Source: the human T2T-CHM13v2.0 reference genome, Homo sapiens
Strand: one strand, 5' to 3'
DNA length: 64,000 nucleotides
NCBI RefSeq assembly: GCF_009914755.1
Contig: NC_060925.1
In this document: positions 40,921 to 52,704 of the stretch, in pieces
Position numbering within the stretch: position 1 is the stretch's first letter
How the letters are laid out: every line of letters begins with the position of its first letter
The notes under the pieces: model-generated
The model's database searches: none
What the model was told of the DNA's origin: nothing
The model's input: the letters and a program-made list of their open reading frames with translations, nothing else
Made by a program: the position numbers and the translations under genes

Positions 40921-41214
40921 TTTTTTTTTTTTTTTTGCGACAGGGTCTCGCTGTCACCCAGGCTGTAGTGCAGTAATGTGATGGCGGCTCACTGCAACCC
41001 GCCTCCCGGGTTCAAGCAATTCTGCTGCCTTGGCCTCCGAGTAGCTGGAACGACAGGCATGCACCACAACACCTGACTAATTCTTGTATTTTTAGTCGAG
41101 ATGTGGTTTCATCATGTTGGCTAGACTTGGTCTTAAACTCCTGGCCTCATGTGACCCACCCACCTCAGCCTCCCAAAGTGCTGGGACTACAGGCTTGAGC
41201 CACCGTGCACGGCC
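40921..41214 (-). mobile_element. Alu (old AluS/AluJ)
   Basis: T16 tail then gcgacagggtctcgctgtcacccaggc...gccaccgtgcacggcc; degenerate TSD caagtatctt/taaatatctt. Confidence 0.96.
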
Positions 41215-41305
41215 TTAAATATCTTACTTAATAATGTAGGAGAAGATGATCAACCCCAGCAAATAATCAAGCTGCCAAATTAATTACTAGCTTTCTGTAA
41301 TCTGT

Positions 41306-41414
41306 ATATGCTATATCGTATGCTCCTAGCATTCAGGGACACATCCTATGATGATGACATCATTAACATTATAGGATATGTCCCTGAATGCTAGGAGCAT
41401 ACAATATAGCATAT
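41306..41414. repeat. Long near-perfect inverted repeat (44-bp arms, 2 mismatches)
   Basis: atatgctatatcgtatgctcctagcattcagggacacatcctat (41306-41349) vs ataggatatgtccctgaatgctaggagcatacaatatagcatat (41371-41414). Confidence 0.97.
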
Positions 41415-41700
41415 TAGAGGGTAAAGAAACATTTTCTACGGATATATCTGAAGTATGAAGGAGAGATGGAGAATATGGGCGCTGGGATGCAATTTTAGAC
41501 AGGGTGGTCAAAGAATGTTTCATCGAGAGGTTGACGTTGGAGAAAGAAGTGAGGGAAGTGAGGGAGTGCTGTAGAGATAACTTAGGAGAAGAATATTTGG
41601 AGAGAGAGAAAAACAAGTGCAGATCCTGGAAATGGGAATGTGCCTGGCATGTTCAAGGAGCAACAAGGAAGCTGGAGTGGTGAAGCTGAGTGAGAGAATA
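41375..41700 (-). mobile_element. L2a fragment
   Basis: gcaattttagacagggtggtcaaagaa...aacaagtgcagatcctgga...gtgcctggcatgttcaaggagcaacaaggaagctggagtgg. Confidence 0.8.
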
Positions 41701-42429
41701 GTGGAATCACAATGCTTTACATAGTAGGTGCTCAATAAACATTAGTAGAATTGCAGTCAGCAGAGTTTTGAAATTGAGAAGCTCGTACCTTATATGTTAT
41801 GTTTCTTCATAGGTTTAAGTTTTAGTACAATGTCTGGCAGAGAGTAGATTTGTGGAATTAATAAATTTCTCTCATCTTTGTATTCTCCAAATTGTTAATT
41901 TATATTTTAGAACTATCTTACAATTTTACAGTCTCTTATTACTTGCTATACTTTATTTGATTTCATTGACCAACAATAAGCTTGGAGAGGGCAAGGCTGT
42001 GTGTATCTTGTTCAATAGCATAGTCCCAGCCTGGCAATACAACTTTTGAGAGAATAACTTGCTACCTTTCTAATGGGAATTGCCAGAACAAGTAAGTTCA
42101 AGGTATAAATCAGATAATAAGCAAGAAATTAAGTTCACTTTTTAAAAGTTGACCCCATCACTGGCCTTGTAAGCAGAAGTGTTCTGAAGTAAATTGGGGG
42201 TAGGAGGGGAAAACCATGTGAAGATTGTCTAGATGACAGCATGATGGAAGGAAGCATCCCCAAATAAGTTATGCAGATACGCTGAGCTGGCAACAGTGGC
42301 CAATTTGCAGGAAAGTAGATGATGCTCTTTCTTCACTTGGGTGTGTTTCACTCAAGTATGTAGAATAAAAATAAACACATTTTTAAAGGAACACGGCGTG
42401 GCAGCCTGATTTTCTTCCATATTCATACT

Positions 42430-42790
42430 CTGTGCCTTGAGGCTTTCGAATGAATTGTTCCTTTTAATCTGGATATTTTCCTCACTTTCTCTCCTTGTGC
42501 CAGCTAACCTACTCCGTTTTCAGGTTTCAGACAAATGCCATTTCCACTGAGAGGCCTTGCCTGTCTCCAAGGCTAGTTCAGGTCTGCCTTTTTATATGAT
42601 CTCTTAGCACCCTGATTTCTCTAAGAGAACTTTTAACGATCTTGTAATTAAATACCAATTAGGAAATTACCTGTTCTGCTTCTGCCTTCCCTGTAGGAAC
42701 CTAGTGTCTGCAGGACAGAGGCTATGTCTGTCTTGGTCATTTCCCTGTCTCCAGGGCTTCAGAGGTGTTTGAAATATATAATGCACTAAA
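42430..42790 (+). mobile_element. L2 3' fragment
   Basis: cagctaacctactccgttttcaggtttcagacaaatgccatttccactgagaggccttgcctg...gctatgtctgtcttggtca. Confidence 0.7.
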
Positions 42791-44657
42791 GTTTATAGAG
42801 ATTAAAATTTTTGTTAGATAAGCATAATTGTAACAAAAGTAAGAGAAAAGATTCAGTACCAGCTACATTTCTATAGTCTTAATCGAAAGATATAAAGTGA
42901 ACAGGTAATTCAGAAATAAAGTGTTCATAAGTGGGAAGAAAACAAGTTAAATCTCTAGCCGCTGGAAGTACTTAATATCACCTAGTATCTTATTAATACT
43001 CTGTCATGCAGATATGATGGAATTAACTTACCTTGCAAAAATAATGAAAATCTGTCATATATCAGCTTCTCTTTCAAGTTATGCTCTGATGCCAACCATG
43101 TGTCTCTTTTTAAAGATTGTAATTCTTTATTTTTTATATTGGTTCAGCACAAAGTTATAACAAACTACAGAATCCTGCTACAATTACCACACATGGCATA
43201 ATTTCTAATTATACAGAACTAATGTACAAACTCTCTGTATTAATAATAAAGCGATTAACCTAAAATACCAAATTGGTGTGAGTTTCTTATTTTCTCATTA
43301 CCACAGCCTGTTCTCAGTTTGAGCTATTGTACATTGTACTTTATAAATGTTAGCTCCAGATGAAGTTTATTTTTACATCAATCACAATAGCCCTAACACT
43401 CATCACCTTCAGTTTTCTCACCTTTCCCCTTTGCCAGATGTGCATGTGCGTGTATGTGAAAGGTGATATCTGTAATAGGAGTTCATTATAAATCAGATGA
43501 ATTTATGGACAATTAGGAATGCTAGAGACATAATATTATACTATCATAGCCCTCTGAATTTACTTTGCTTCCTTTTTTAATATCAATAGATCTTGTAAGA
43601 GACACTTCCATTGTGTCTGACACTTCTGATGCTATGGTGTCAATGGAAGTATGTGTGAAAACCATTACCTTGTCAATTTCGTGATGTCAATGGCAACTTG
43701 ATGTCAATGAAAATGTATAAGGTTCTTCCATTATCATTGTAACAGCTTCTCTAGTCTTTTCAATGTATCAAGAGACACTAGTCTGTAAGAAAGACTAACT
43801 ACCTGAAATTGCTGCCTGCATTTCTTGAAATTAAAGCTATGATACTATATTACTTTCTTCTTACAGTTTAGCATTAGCAAAAATATATAGGAACACCAAT
43901 AACACCAATAAATAAAATAATAAGCAGTTATTTTGTGGCTAAGAATGTAAATAGCTCACAGTTTTGAATTTTTAGAATTCAAATGACATAACTGGGAAAA
44001 TTTTTGTTTATAAATGGAAGTAATGAAGAGAACTTTAGTTGTAGACAATATATTATGTTGAACATACACTATGAAACACAAAAGCAGGAAGGTCACTGGA
44101 AGTAATTACTTTACCTAGTATTATCCCCATCAAAAGCAGCAATGCTCCTGTTGTGACATTGAACTGTTTCATATAGTGATTTCCTAGGAAGAGAGTAATA
44201 ATCATGATGTATCACTAATCTTAGGCAAATAACACTTAGGTCCTTATGTAATAAAATAAGTATGGATTGCATTATGCAATTCACACAGTTCGTGTTTCCT
44301 TCCCATATGGAGAGTGTGGTTTAACAAGGCTCACTTGCTTTGTTTATGACTCTTTAAGCATAAATTTTGGCCCAATTTACTTGGCAAATATTGAGTATTT
44401 TAAAAAGTACTCAAATGTATGCTTTTGCCAGGCAAAATAGTTTCTCCTCCCGTGTGTGTCTGTCTCTCTGTTTTTTTTTTCTCAAATATTGTGGCATCAT
44501 TTGCTTTAGGTACTTATCATTGGAGATGATAGAATTGGTGCATATGCTTATAAAATATTAGGAAGTTGATTATTTTCAGCAGTTTACTTATTAGTTCTTT
44601 GACATATAGAATTTTTAGAATGAGAAGAAATTTGAAAAAATTTAGAAATACATATAA

Positions 44658-44663
44658 TGTGTA

Positions 44664-44699
<36 letters not shown>

Positions 44700-44701
44700 C
44701 A
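44658..44701. repeat. (TG)n microsatellite
   Basis: tgtgtatgtgtgtgtata(tg)n. Confidence 0.92.
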
Positions 44702-45355
44702 TACTTTCAGCTTCAAAGACCTAACATTGTAAGGGTGTATAAAATACGTTCATAGGTAGATTACACATATTCCAATACATATGCTTTAATTTTTTTTTAA
44801 AAAGTTATGTATCCTGAAATATTGAGAGACTACTGAAGAGAATTATGTTATTTGAGCTATCTTAAAGGAAACACTGAATTTTCTAGGTGGAGAATGTGTG
44901 GAATACCATTCCTGAATTGCATGGATGAAATGAATTGATAAATAAAAAATGTTACGGATATACGTGTATATGTATTTGTGTGTATATGTATATAATCACA
45001 TAACCATGATTTGACTTGGTTCATAGCCCATAAAACACACATCTCACTTTTAATTTGAGGCTTAAATATGTTATGTTAATATTATGTAAACCTAAACTTA
45101 CCATTTTCCCCTAATCCTTTGATGATCATTATTTCTGGCATTTCAGTGTTTGCACAAAGGACAGAAAGTAATTAAAACTTTCAGACTTCAGACGAATTCG
45201 TGTGCTACTTGTGAGCAATTCTGATGAAAATTTGAAGAGAGAAAGTTGAACTCATTGAATAAGAGAAGAGTTTTTAAAATTATCTGTGGATTTCAATTAA
45301 TTATGCAGATATCCTGACTCCTTATTTGTGGAATAATCACATTTTAAAGCAGATT

Positions 45356-45358
45356 CTG

Positions 45359-45406
<48 letters not shown>

Positions 45407-45409
45407 TGT
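45356..45409. repeat. Compound (TC)n(TG)n microsatellite
   Basis: tctctctttc(tc)n followed directly by (tg)n. Confidence 0.93.
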
Positions 45410-45666
45410 AAGCATATTGAAGATTATGAAAACTTTTAAAAATGCTATTTTCTATTATATAATAAAAGAGGATACCATTAAAAACAAAATCATCAAGCTT
45501 AATAGACCCTTTCCAAGGTGGAATCCCTGTCAGTTAATTCTGATGGATATGTAATGTACTTCTTTATTTTCACCCAAACACAAGGTTAGGAAGTAGGAAG
45601 AGAGGGGCTAAGGAACAGGGAGGATGAACATGTGTGTGTATCTGTCTCTCTCATCTCTCTCTATAT

Positions 45667-45675
45667 ATCTATCTG

Positions 45676-45717
<42 letters not shown>

Positions 45718-45736
45718 ATCTATCTACCTACCTATC
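45667..45736. repeat. (TCTA)n tetranucleotide STR, core [TCTA]10 at 45676-45715
   Basis: tctatctg(tcta)10tcatctatctacctaccta; likely length-polymorphic. Confidence 0.95.
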
Positions 45737-47099
45737 TTTTACCTATCCATAATCAGATTCACCTGGGAGCTTGTTAGAAATGCAGAATCTTATGTATAGA
45801 CGGCACACATACGAGAGAGTGCATGTGCTATAGATATCTCTACCTATCAAGAGAGGGAGGGAGAAACTTTTAAAACACAAGAGAGGAGAGAGGAGAAAAA
45901 GAAGCTGTTGTTACCTGGAGGAAATAAAATTAAATATTAGGCTGGAAGCTCTGCTTTCAACCATGAGATCTGGTATCTCTCTGACTGGAAAACATGCTTT
46001 CTTCATCACGGTGCTCTATTTTTCCATTTGTGAAAGTGAAAATAAAAAACTCCACTAAGGAAGATGTTCTCTAAACTTATTTAACAATCTTCCAATTTGG
46101 AATCAGGTACATCCTTACACAGCTGAATCTCATGTTGGCAGCATATCTTCACACCTCAAATCTAAGACCTTGTAGGAAATTCAGACAGTATTTTCATTAG
46201 AAAGACAAAATAGTGACGTTGAAAAGAAACCAGACTTGCTCACCTCAAAATGTGAATCAAATTGTGCAGGGGTGGGGGTCAAAAATATCCCCAAAACCTG
46301 GCTTGATTTTCCTCAGGAGGGGAGGCTGTCATCTGTTCCCTAGCATGGATAGTTTGGGTAAGGCTGGGAAACTTTTCTTGCTTTAACTCATTGTCTGCTT
46401 TCTTAATCTTTCTGTTCTGTTGTTGTCAAAAGGCAGAGATGCTGAAAGACAACACATTCTAAACTAAATGTTGGCTTCCTCAGCTAAGTCAAGTCCCATC
46501 CCCCAGGTCAAGGACTGTCTAAATCAATAGCACACCATTCTATATAGTCAAATTTAAATGGTGAGTCAGTTCACATAATCTAAATTCATGTCAGCTGCAC
46601 AGGAACTATTTAAAAGTACCTTGCTGTCATCTATTTCTTAAAACTGATTAGCAGTAAATTACTGGAGACCATTCTATCAATGCATCAATATATCTTGATG
46701 CACTAGTGATTTTGGAGGGAGTTGTTTTTCTTCATATTTAGCTGCTTATCAGGTACTTTTTTGATCCACACATATTTATTTTCAAGCACCATTTAGAAAA
46801 TATTAACTAGAGTTGCTGCAGCCACAGAAATTTTAAGCCACTTATTTTGTTTCCTATTAACAAATGTATTTCAAAGGCGGTGAAAGCTGATTAAAAAAAC
46901 CTGCCAGCCACTTTATAATACAAAATAATTTATCTCAAATGAAATTCAAAATTTAAAAATAGACTGTTTGCCAAGCATGTAATAGTTAATACAGCCTTGG
47001 TTTTCTTTTTAAAAAGCATTATTTTAATCTTTGATGTATTTTGCACACTGAATTCCAACTTAAAAATAATTTATATAATGTTGAGTAATTCCATTGAGC

Positions 47100-47340
47100 T
47101 GAGTGTATCAAATTACTATTTCCCAACATTTATCAGGAACTTATGTATCACAGGGACTATTTTATGTAATTTTATGTAGGCTTCATAAACACTCTATGAT
47201 GTAGATATCATTATATTATTATATCCATTTCATGGATGAGAAGACTGACATGAAATTAAATAAATTGTCCTAAAATTGCCTGGCTAGTAAGAGCTGTGAT
47301 TGGAATGCACACCCAGTTCAGTGTAATTACACAGCCAGTG
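47100..47340 (-). mobile_element. MIR SINE
   Basis: aacatttatcaggaacttatgtatc...tccatttcatggatgagaagactgac...taaataaattgtcc...gctagtaagagctg. Confidence 0.75.
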
Positions 47341-47594
47341 TATGTTCAACAATTCCATTCTAAGAATTAGAAAACTGTGGAATCAAAGAAATACTCCTTG
47401 GATAGTATTTCTGTATTCTATATAAGTCTGGTTCTTTCTGGGTTGAAGTTAAAAAAATAAACTATTAATATAAGCAGGAGAATAAAAATGTGGAAATCCA
47501 GGAGAAGTGGGAAAGAAAGGTAGAGAAGAAGGTCAGATAGTGTCTTAGTGGGGTTATGTTTAGGGGTATAGATGATAGTCTGAGTCCTTGTTTG

Positions 47595-47755
47595 AATAGC
47601 AAGTGTGGTCCAGGAGTCAGTAGCATCAGATTCAACTGGGAGCATATTAGAAATGCATAATCTCATCCCCGGTCCAGACCTACCCAATTAGAATTTGCAT
47701 TTTCACCAGATCACCAGGTGATTAATGGGCACATAAAATTTTGAGAAGCACTAGT
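47595..47755. mobile_element. MER5A1-like hAT-Charlie MITE
   Basis: aagtgtggtcc...gcatcagattcaactgggagcatattagaaatgcataatctc...cagacctac...agaatttgcattttcaccagatcaccaggtgatt...ttgagaagcactag. Confidence 0.85.
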
Positions 47756-49069
47756 CTAGGTGACTGATTTACTGAATCGAAGCTGAGTTGGTATTTTTAC
47801 TTACTTTGGAGAGCTTGAATTGACCTGCAGTGCTGTCTATAAACCTGGGGCTCAGTGCTCTAATGAAGAAGGAGACTGCTAGGAGGGGTTGCCATGGGAT
47901 TTAGAGTGGCTAAGGCACCAGCAATCTTTCTAGCCAGACTCAGGGGAAATCACATCAAAATAGTAGAGACTTGGCAAGCTGCCAACATTATCACAATAGC
48001 TTCTTTATCTTTCTTTTTCTTTTTCTGTCTAGACCTTTGTCTCATGCCCATATATGCTTTCCCTTCAGCTCCAGTCTGGGCATGAAGGGAACACAGTTGG
48101 ATGATGTCAAAAGAGCGAATGCACAAAGATAGAATAACTGGCGAGAGAAATTTTAAAAATAAGCAAACTTGGTGAAGCAGTGAACAAGTGTTTCAGAAAG
48201 GAAGAGAGAGAGAGGTGGAAGGATAGACTGAGAGAGAGAGAGAGAGAGAATATGCACAGGTCAAAATTTAAGAGAATTACCAAGACCCCTGAGAATTGAT
48301 ATCTGTTTAGAATCTAAATTTAATACCTAGTTTTGTCGCTCAAGCCATGAGGTTACTTTTTATCTGAGCAGATAATTTTTACACCATCAAGAGAAAGAAA
48401 AGACTTGGCTCGAGTAAATCTTTACTAGTAAAATATTTCTAATATATTAATAACTTTATTGAATTAAAAGGGAGTGACATTAAATTATAACCTTAACTGT
48501 CATAATAATATGGCATAATAGCATAATTATGATTAAATTATTATCACTGTTACATCTGTCACGGATGAATCTCCTCGATAGATGAAAAAAATGTAGCATG
48601 TTCATTATTTTACCTTCCCAGCAAGTGTCCTACAGTGGTGTCACAAATTCACATAATGTCATTGAGAGCTGGATTTTCTGTTAGAAATTCAGTTACACTG
48701 AAGTATGTGAAAACCCACAGATGGCAGAGTAGAATTCCTACTGAATATACATTTGATGAGATTACATGTCTCATTTATTCCAGCCACAAATGAAATATTT
48801 TGCACTTATGAACTGTGCCACAGTCAAACTTGTTTTGGTGGCAGTATGTGAATAATGATGAACTGGGTTGAAAACTTTAAAGCTTAGTGAAGCCTTGCCC
48901 TTTTAACTTTGTGAACACAGATACTCTACTGTCCCTTGAAGCACACTGCTCTTGATGAGGTACCATCTCTTTTCCTTTTTCCTTTTAAGTTTAGAGAATA
49001 CATGTTATAATCAAATATATGCCAAGGTCATCATTAATGATTTAAAGAAAGGAAAGAAAAGAAGGCTTA

Positions 49070-49250
49070 CACTTATATAGCATGTACAGAGGAAAAATTA
49101 CTTCTATATGTGTTATATTTCATTTAATCCTTAAAATAATTTTTAAACTATGTATTATTATGATGATTTGGAGATGAGGAATTCCAACTGAGAACAATTA
49201 AATGATTTGCTCAATGTCACATAGCACAATGCCACTTATTAGTGACAAAT
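49070..49250 (-). mobile_element. MIR SINE
   Basis: tcatttaatcctt...agatgaggaatt...ttaaatgatttgctcaatgtcacatagc. Confidence 0.7.
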
Positions 49251-49299
49251 CAAGGTAGTACTTCACCTACAATTTAGATGTTCAGTTTACTTTTAAAAT

Positions 49300-50280
<981 letters not shown>

Positions 50281-50399
50281 GATCAAGAAAAATGAGATTT
50301 GAGACAGTGCTGGATTATGACTTTTAGATTTCCAAAACTCATTTTACTTTTAAAATTTTAATTAAATAGATTTTTAACTAAAATTAAGGTTTTAACTTT

Positions 50400-51680
50400 T
50401 AACTTTTTAATGTTATCATTACCACCATATTCATAAATAACATTTATATCCCACGATTTCTTGAATTATTAATTCCTGGTATTGACTTGCTGCTACGGTT
50501 TCTGAACATTTTGTATCTTCTATTTTATTTTTCACTATTTTCTCATTTTAATAATATTATAATTTTGGTGTCCAGTGATTGCATTGTTACTTGAATATGA
50601 TGAGGTAAACATTCTCTTATGATTCACGTAATGAATTATGATTATCGTTTTCATTTCATGGAATTTTTTGCTTTCTATGATAAGTAACTATTTTTGTTTT
50701 TCATTTCCTTAGATTTCTATAGACCTACTTTTATAATTTGACAAATGTTTCCATGCATATCTTTAGTTTTCTTCCAAATTCTCAAATACATCAAATGATG
50801 CAGTAGTTCAATTTCCCCTCCCTCCATCAAGGACCTTCCCTGTGTTAGACCTCCATTTCCTCATCCCACTTGTACTGGTTGCCCTCTAGGACAGCTGCTT
50901 ATATGTTGAGGTGGGGTCTTCCTATTACTCCATGGAATTCCTTTCTCTTCTCTCCTCTGGGAAATCTCATGACATTCTGACTTCTCCATATCATATACAC
51001 TATTTTTTCCCCTCTTTGGAAGCTTTTAGTATCTCATCTGATTGCTATTTTGAGACTCTATGATTATGAGACTATCTGTTTTAAAAGTGTTATTATATAT
51101 TGTTCTGAGTAAATTGCAGATGCTTTCAATGTATAGGTTCAAATTTCCCTAATATCATTTTTTAATAACTCTCCCTTCTGCTCCCTCTGATCTCTACATT
51201 TAGACTGCTATTAGGTGAATGTTCCTCAGGAGCTCAACATTAAACCTCCATTTTATTTATCTAAGTCTTTCATTGTCTTATCTTTTCACTTCCATTTTCT
51301 ATATATCTTAATTTCTGTTCTTTTGTGAGAGTTCCTGATTTTTAAAATCTTATCCTTGATACTAATTTGATTACTGTGTTGTTGATTTCAAGGATCTTTT
51401 TCATTTTCTCTGATTTCCTTTGATTTATACATCCTTCTATTTTATTGGATACAATATCTTGTTATGTCTTTGTATCTCAGAGAAAATAAGTTAGAGAGTT
51501 TTAATTTAAATAGTAACTGTTTTCTCTGTGTCCCATCCCCCACTTCACTTTTGATTATGTTTGATGCTATATCTCATACAAAAAGCTTTCCTAAATTATC
51601 TTCTAATCTGCTGACATTCATTCCTATTTGCAGAGTGAGTTACTGGTTTCATACCTGTAATGGCAGCCTGTGTGATTTGG
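50400..51680 (-). mobile_element. HAL1 or very old L1, reverse strand
   Basis: tgtactggttgccctctaggacagctg...ggaattcctttctcttctctcctctggg resembles HAL1; T-rich degenerate ORF1-like antisense sequence follows. Confidence 0.5.
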
Positions 51681-51699
51681 ATTAACCCTTATATTAAGA

Positions 51700-52704
51700 A
51701 CAGCTATAAAAAGGGATATTTCAAACTAATAGAAGTTTAAATTGCAAGGAATTAGAACAATTCTTAATTTATATTAACATAATCACACTACCTAATATAT
51801 TAAAAAATTAAAATAATTAGAAGAACAATAGACTAGTCAAAAATCTTAGTAAAAAGAATTTATCACCTCTCTAAGTAACAATAGAAAAGGCAGAGAAAAA
51901 ATCAGGAATATTGATTTTGGAAGAATATAGATTTTTACCAAGTATACAGAAGAGGATTTCAATAGCATGATTAAAATTGGTTATATATATCATTTAAATA
52001 GCATCATTAAATTATATATGTGTATGTGTGTGTATATGTATATATATGATATATGTGATATAGATATATATATCCTGACAGCTATAAAATACATTCTTTT
52101 CAAGTACACAAGGTATATTTACAGAAATTAACAACATACTGGGCTATAAATATAGTCTCAACAAAATTGAAATTATATAGACTGTATAAGCTCATAATAA
52201 TGAAATTAAGCTAGAAATTAATATAAGAAAATGACTGGAAAAAATCCCCATTATTAAGAAAATGAAAAAATAAAAATAGTTTTAACTGAATAATAATAAA
52301 TTCAATACCAAATGGAAAATTTATCTGAAGTCCTGATTAAATAAATGTGCACAGCCTTAAATTTATAAGATAAAAAAGAAGAAAGACTAAAACAAATGAT
52401 ATAAACATCCAAGACATCAGCAAAAGAACAAATCAAACCTAAAGAAAATAAGAAAAAAGGAAGAGAAGATTACATAAATAGAAACAAATATACGATAGAG
52501 TGTCAATAAACCCCAAAGTTAGTTTTTGTTTTATTTTACAGATAAACAAAATTAATAAACCCCTCCAAGACTAATGAAGAAAAAATTGAAAGGAGATGAA
52601 AAAAAGCTAATGTCAGGAATGACAAAGGGACATCACTCCCTAATTAAAAGGTATCATAAACAACTTTATAAAAATAAAATAAAACATTAGGTAACGTGGA
52701 CAGA
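51700..52704 (+). mobile_element. Old L1M ORF2 fragment (endonuclease to Z region)
   Basis: aaatacattcttttcaagtacacaagg...atactgggctataaa...gaaattaagctagaaattaata...gataaacaaaattaataaaccc...aggaatgacaaagggacatcact. Confidence 0.8.

Noticed and set aside
45213-45260. Hammerhead ribozyme-like string CTGATGA...GAAA-GTTGAAC-TC
   Set aside because: Core boxes and a 3-bp stem III can be drawn, but stem II (aaatttgaagaga) cannot pair and stem I is out of register
48430-48570. AT-rich, vaguely symmetric segment suggestive of an ancient Eulor/UCON-type repeat
   Set aside because: Could not define arms or a family match by eye
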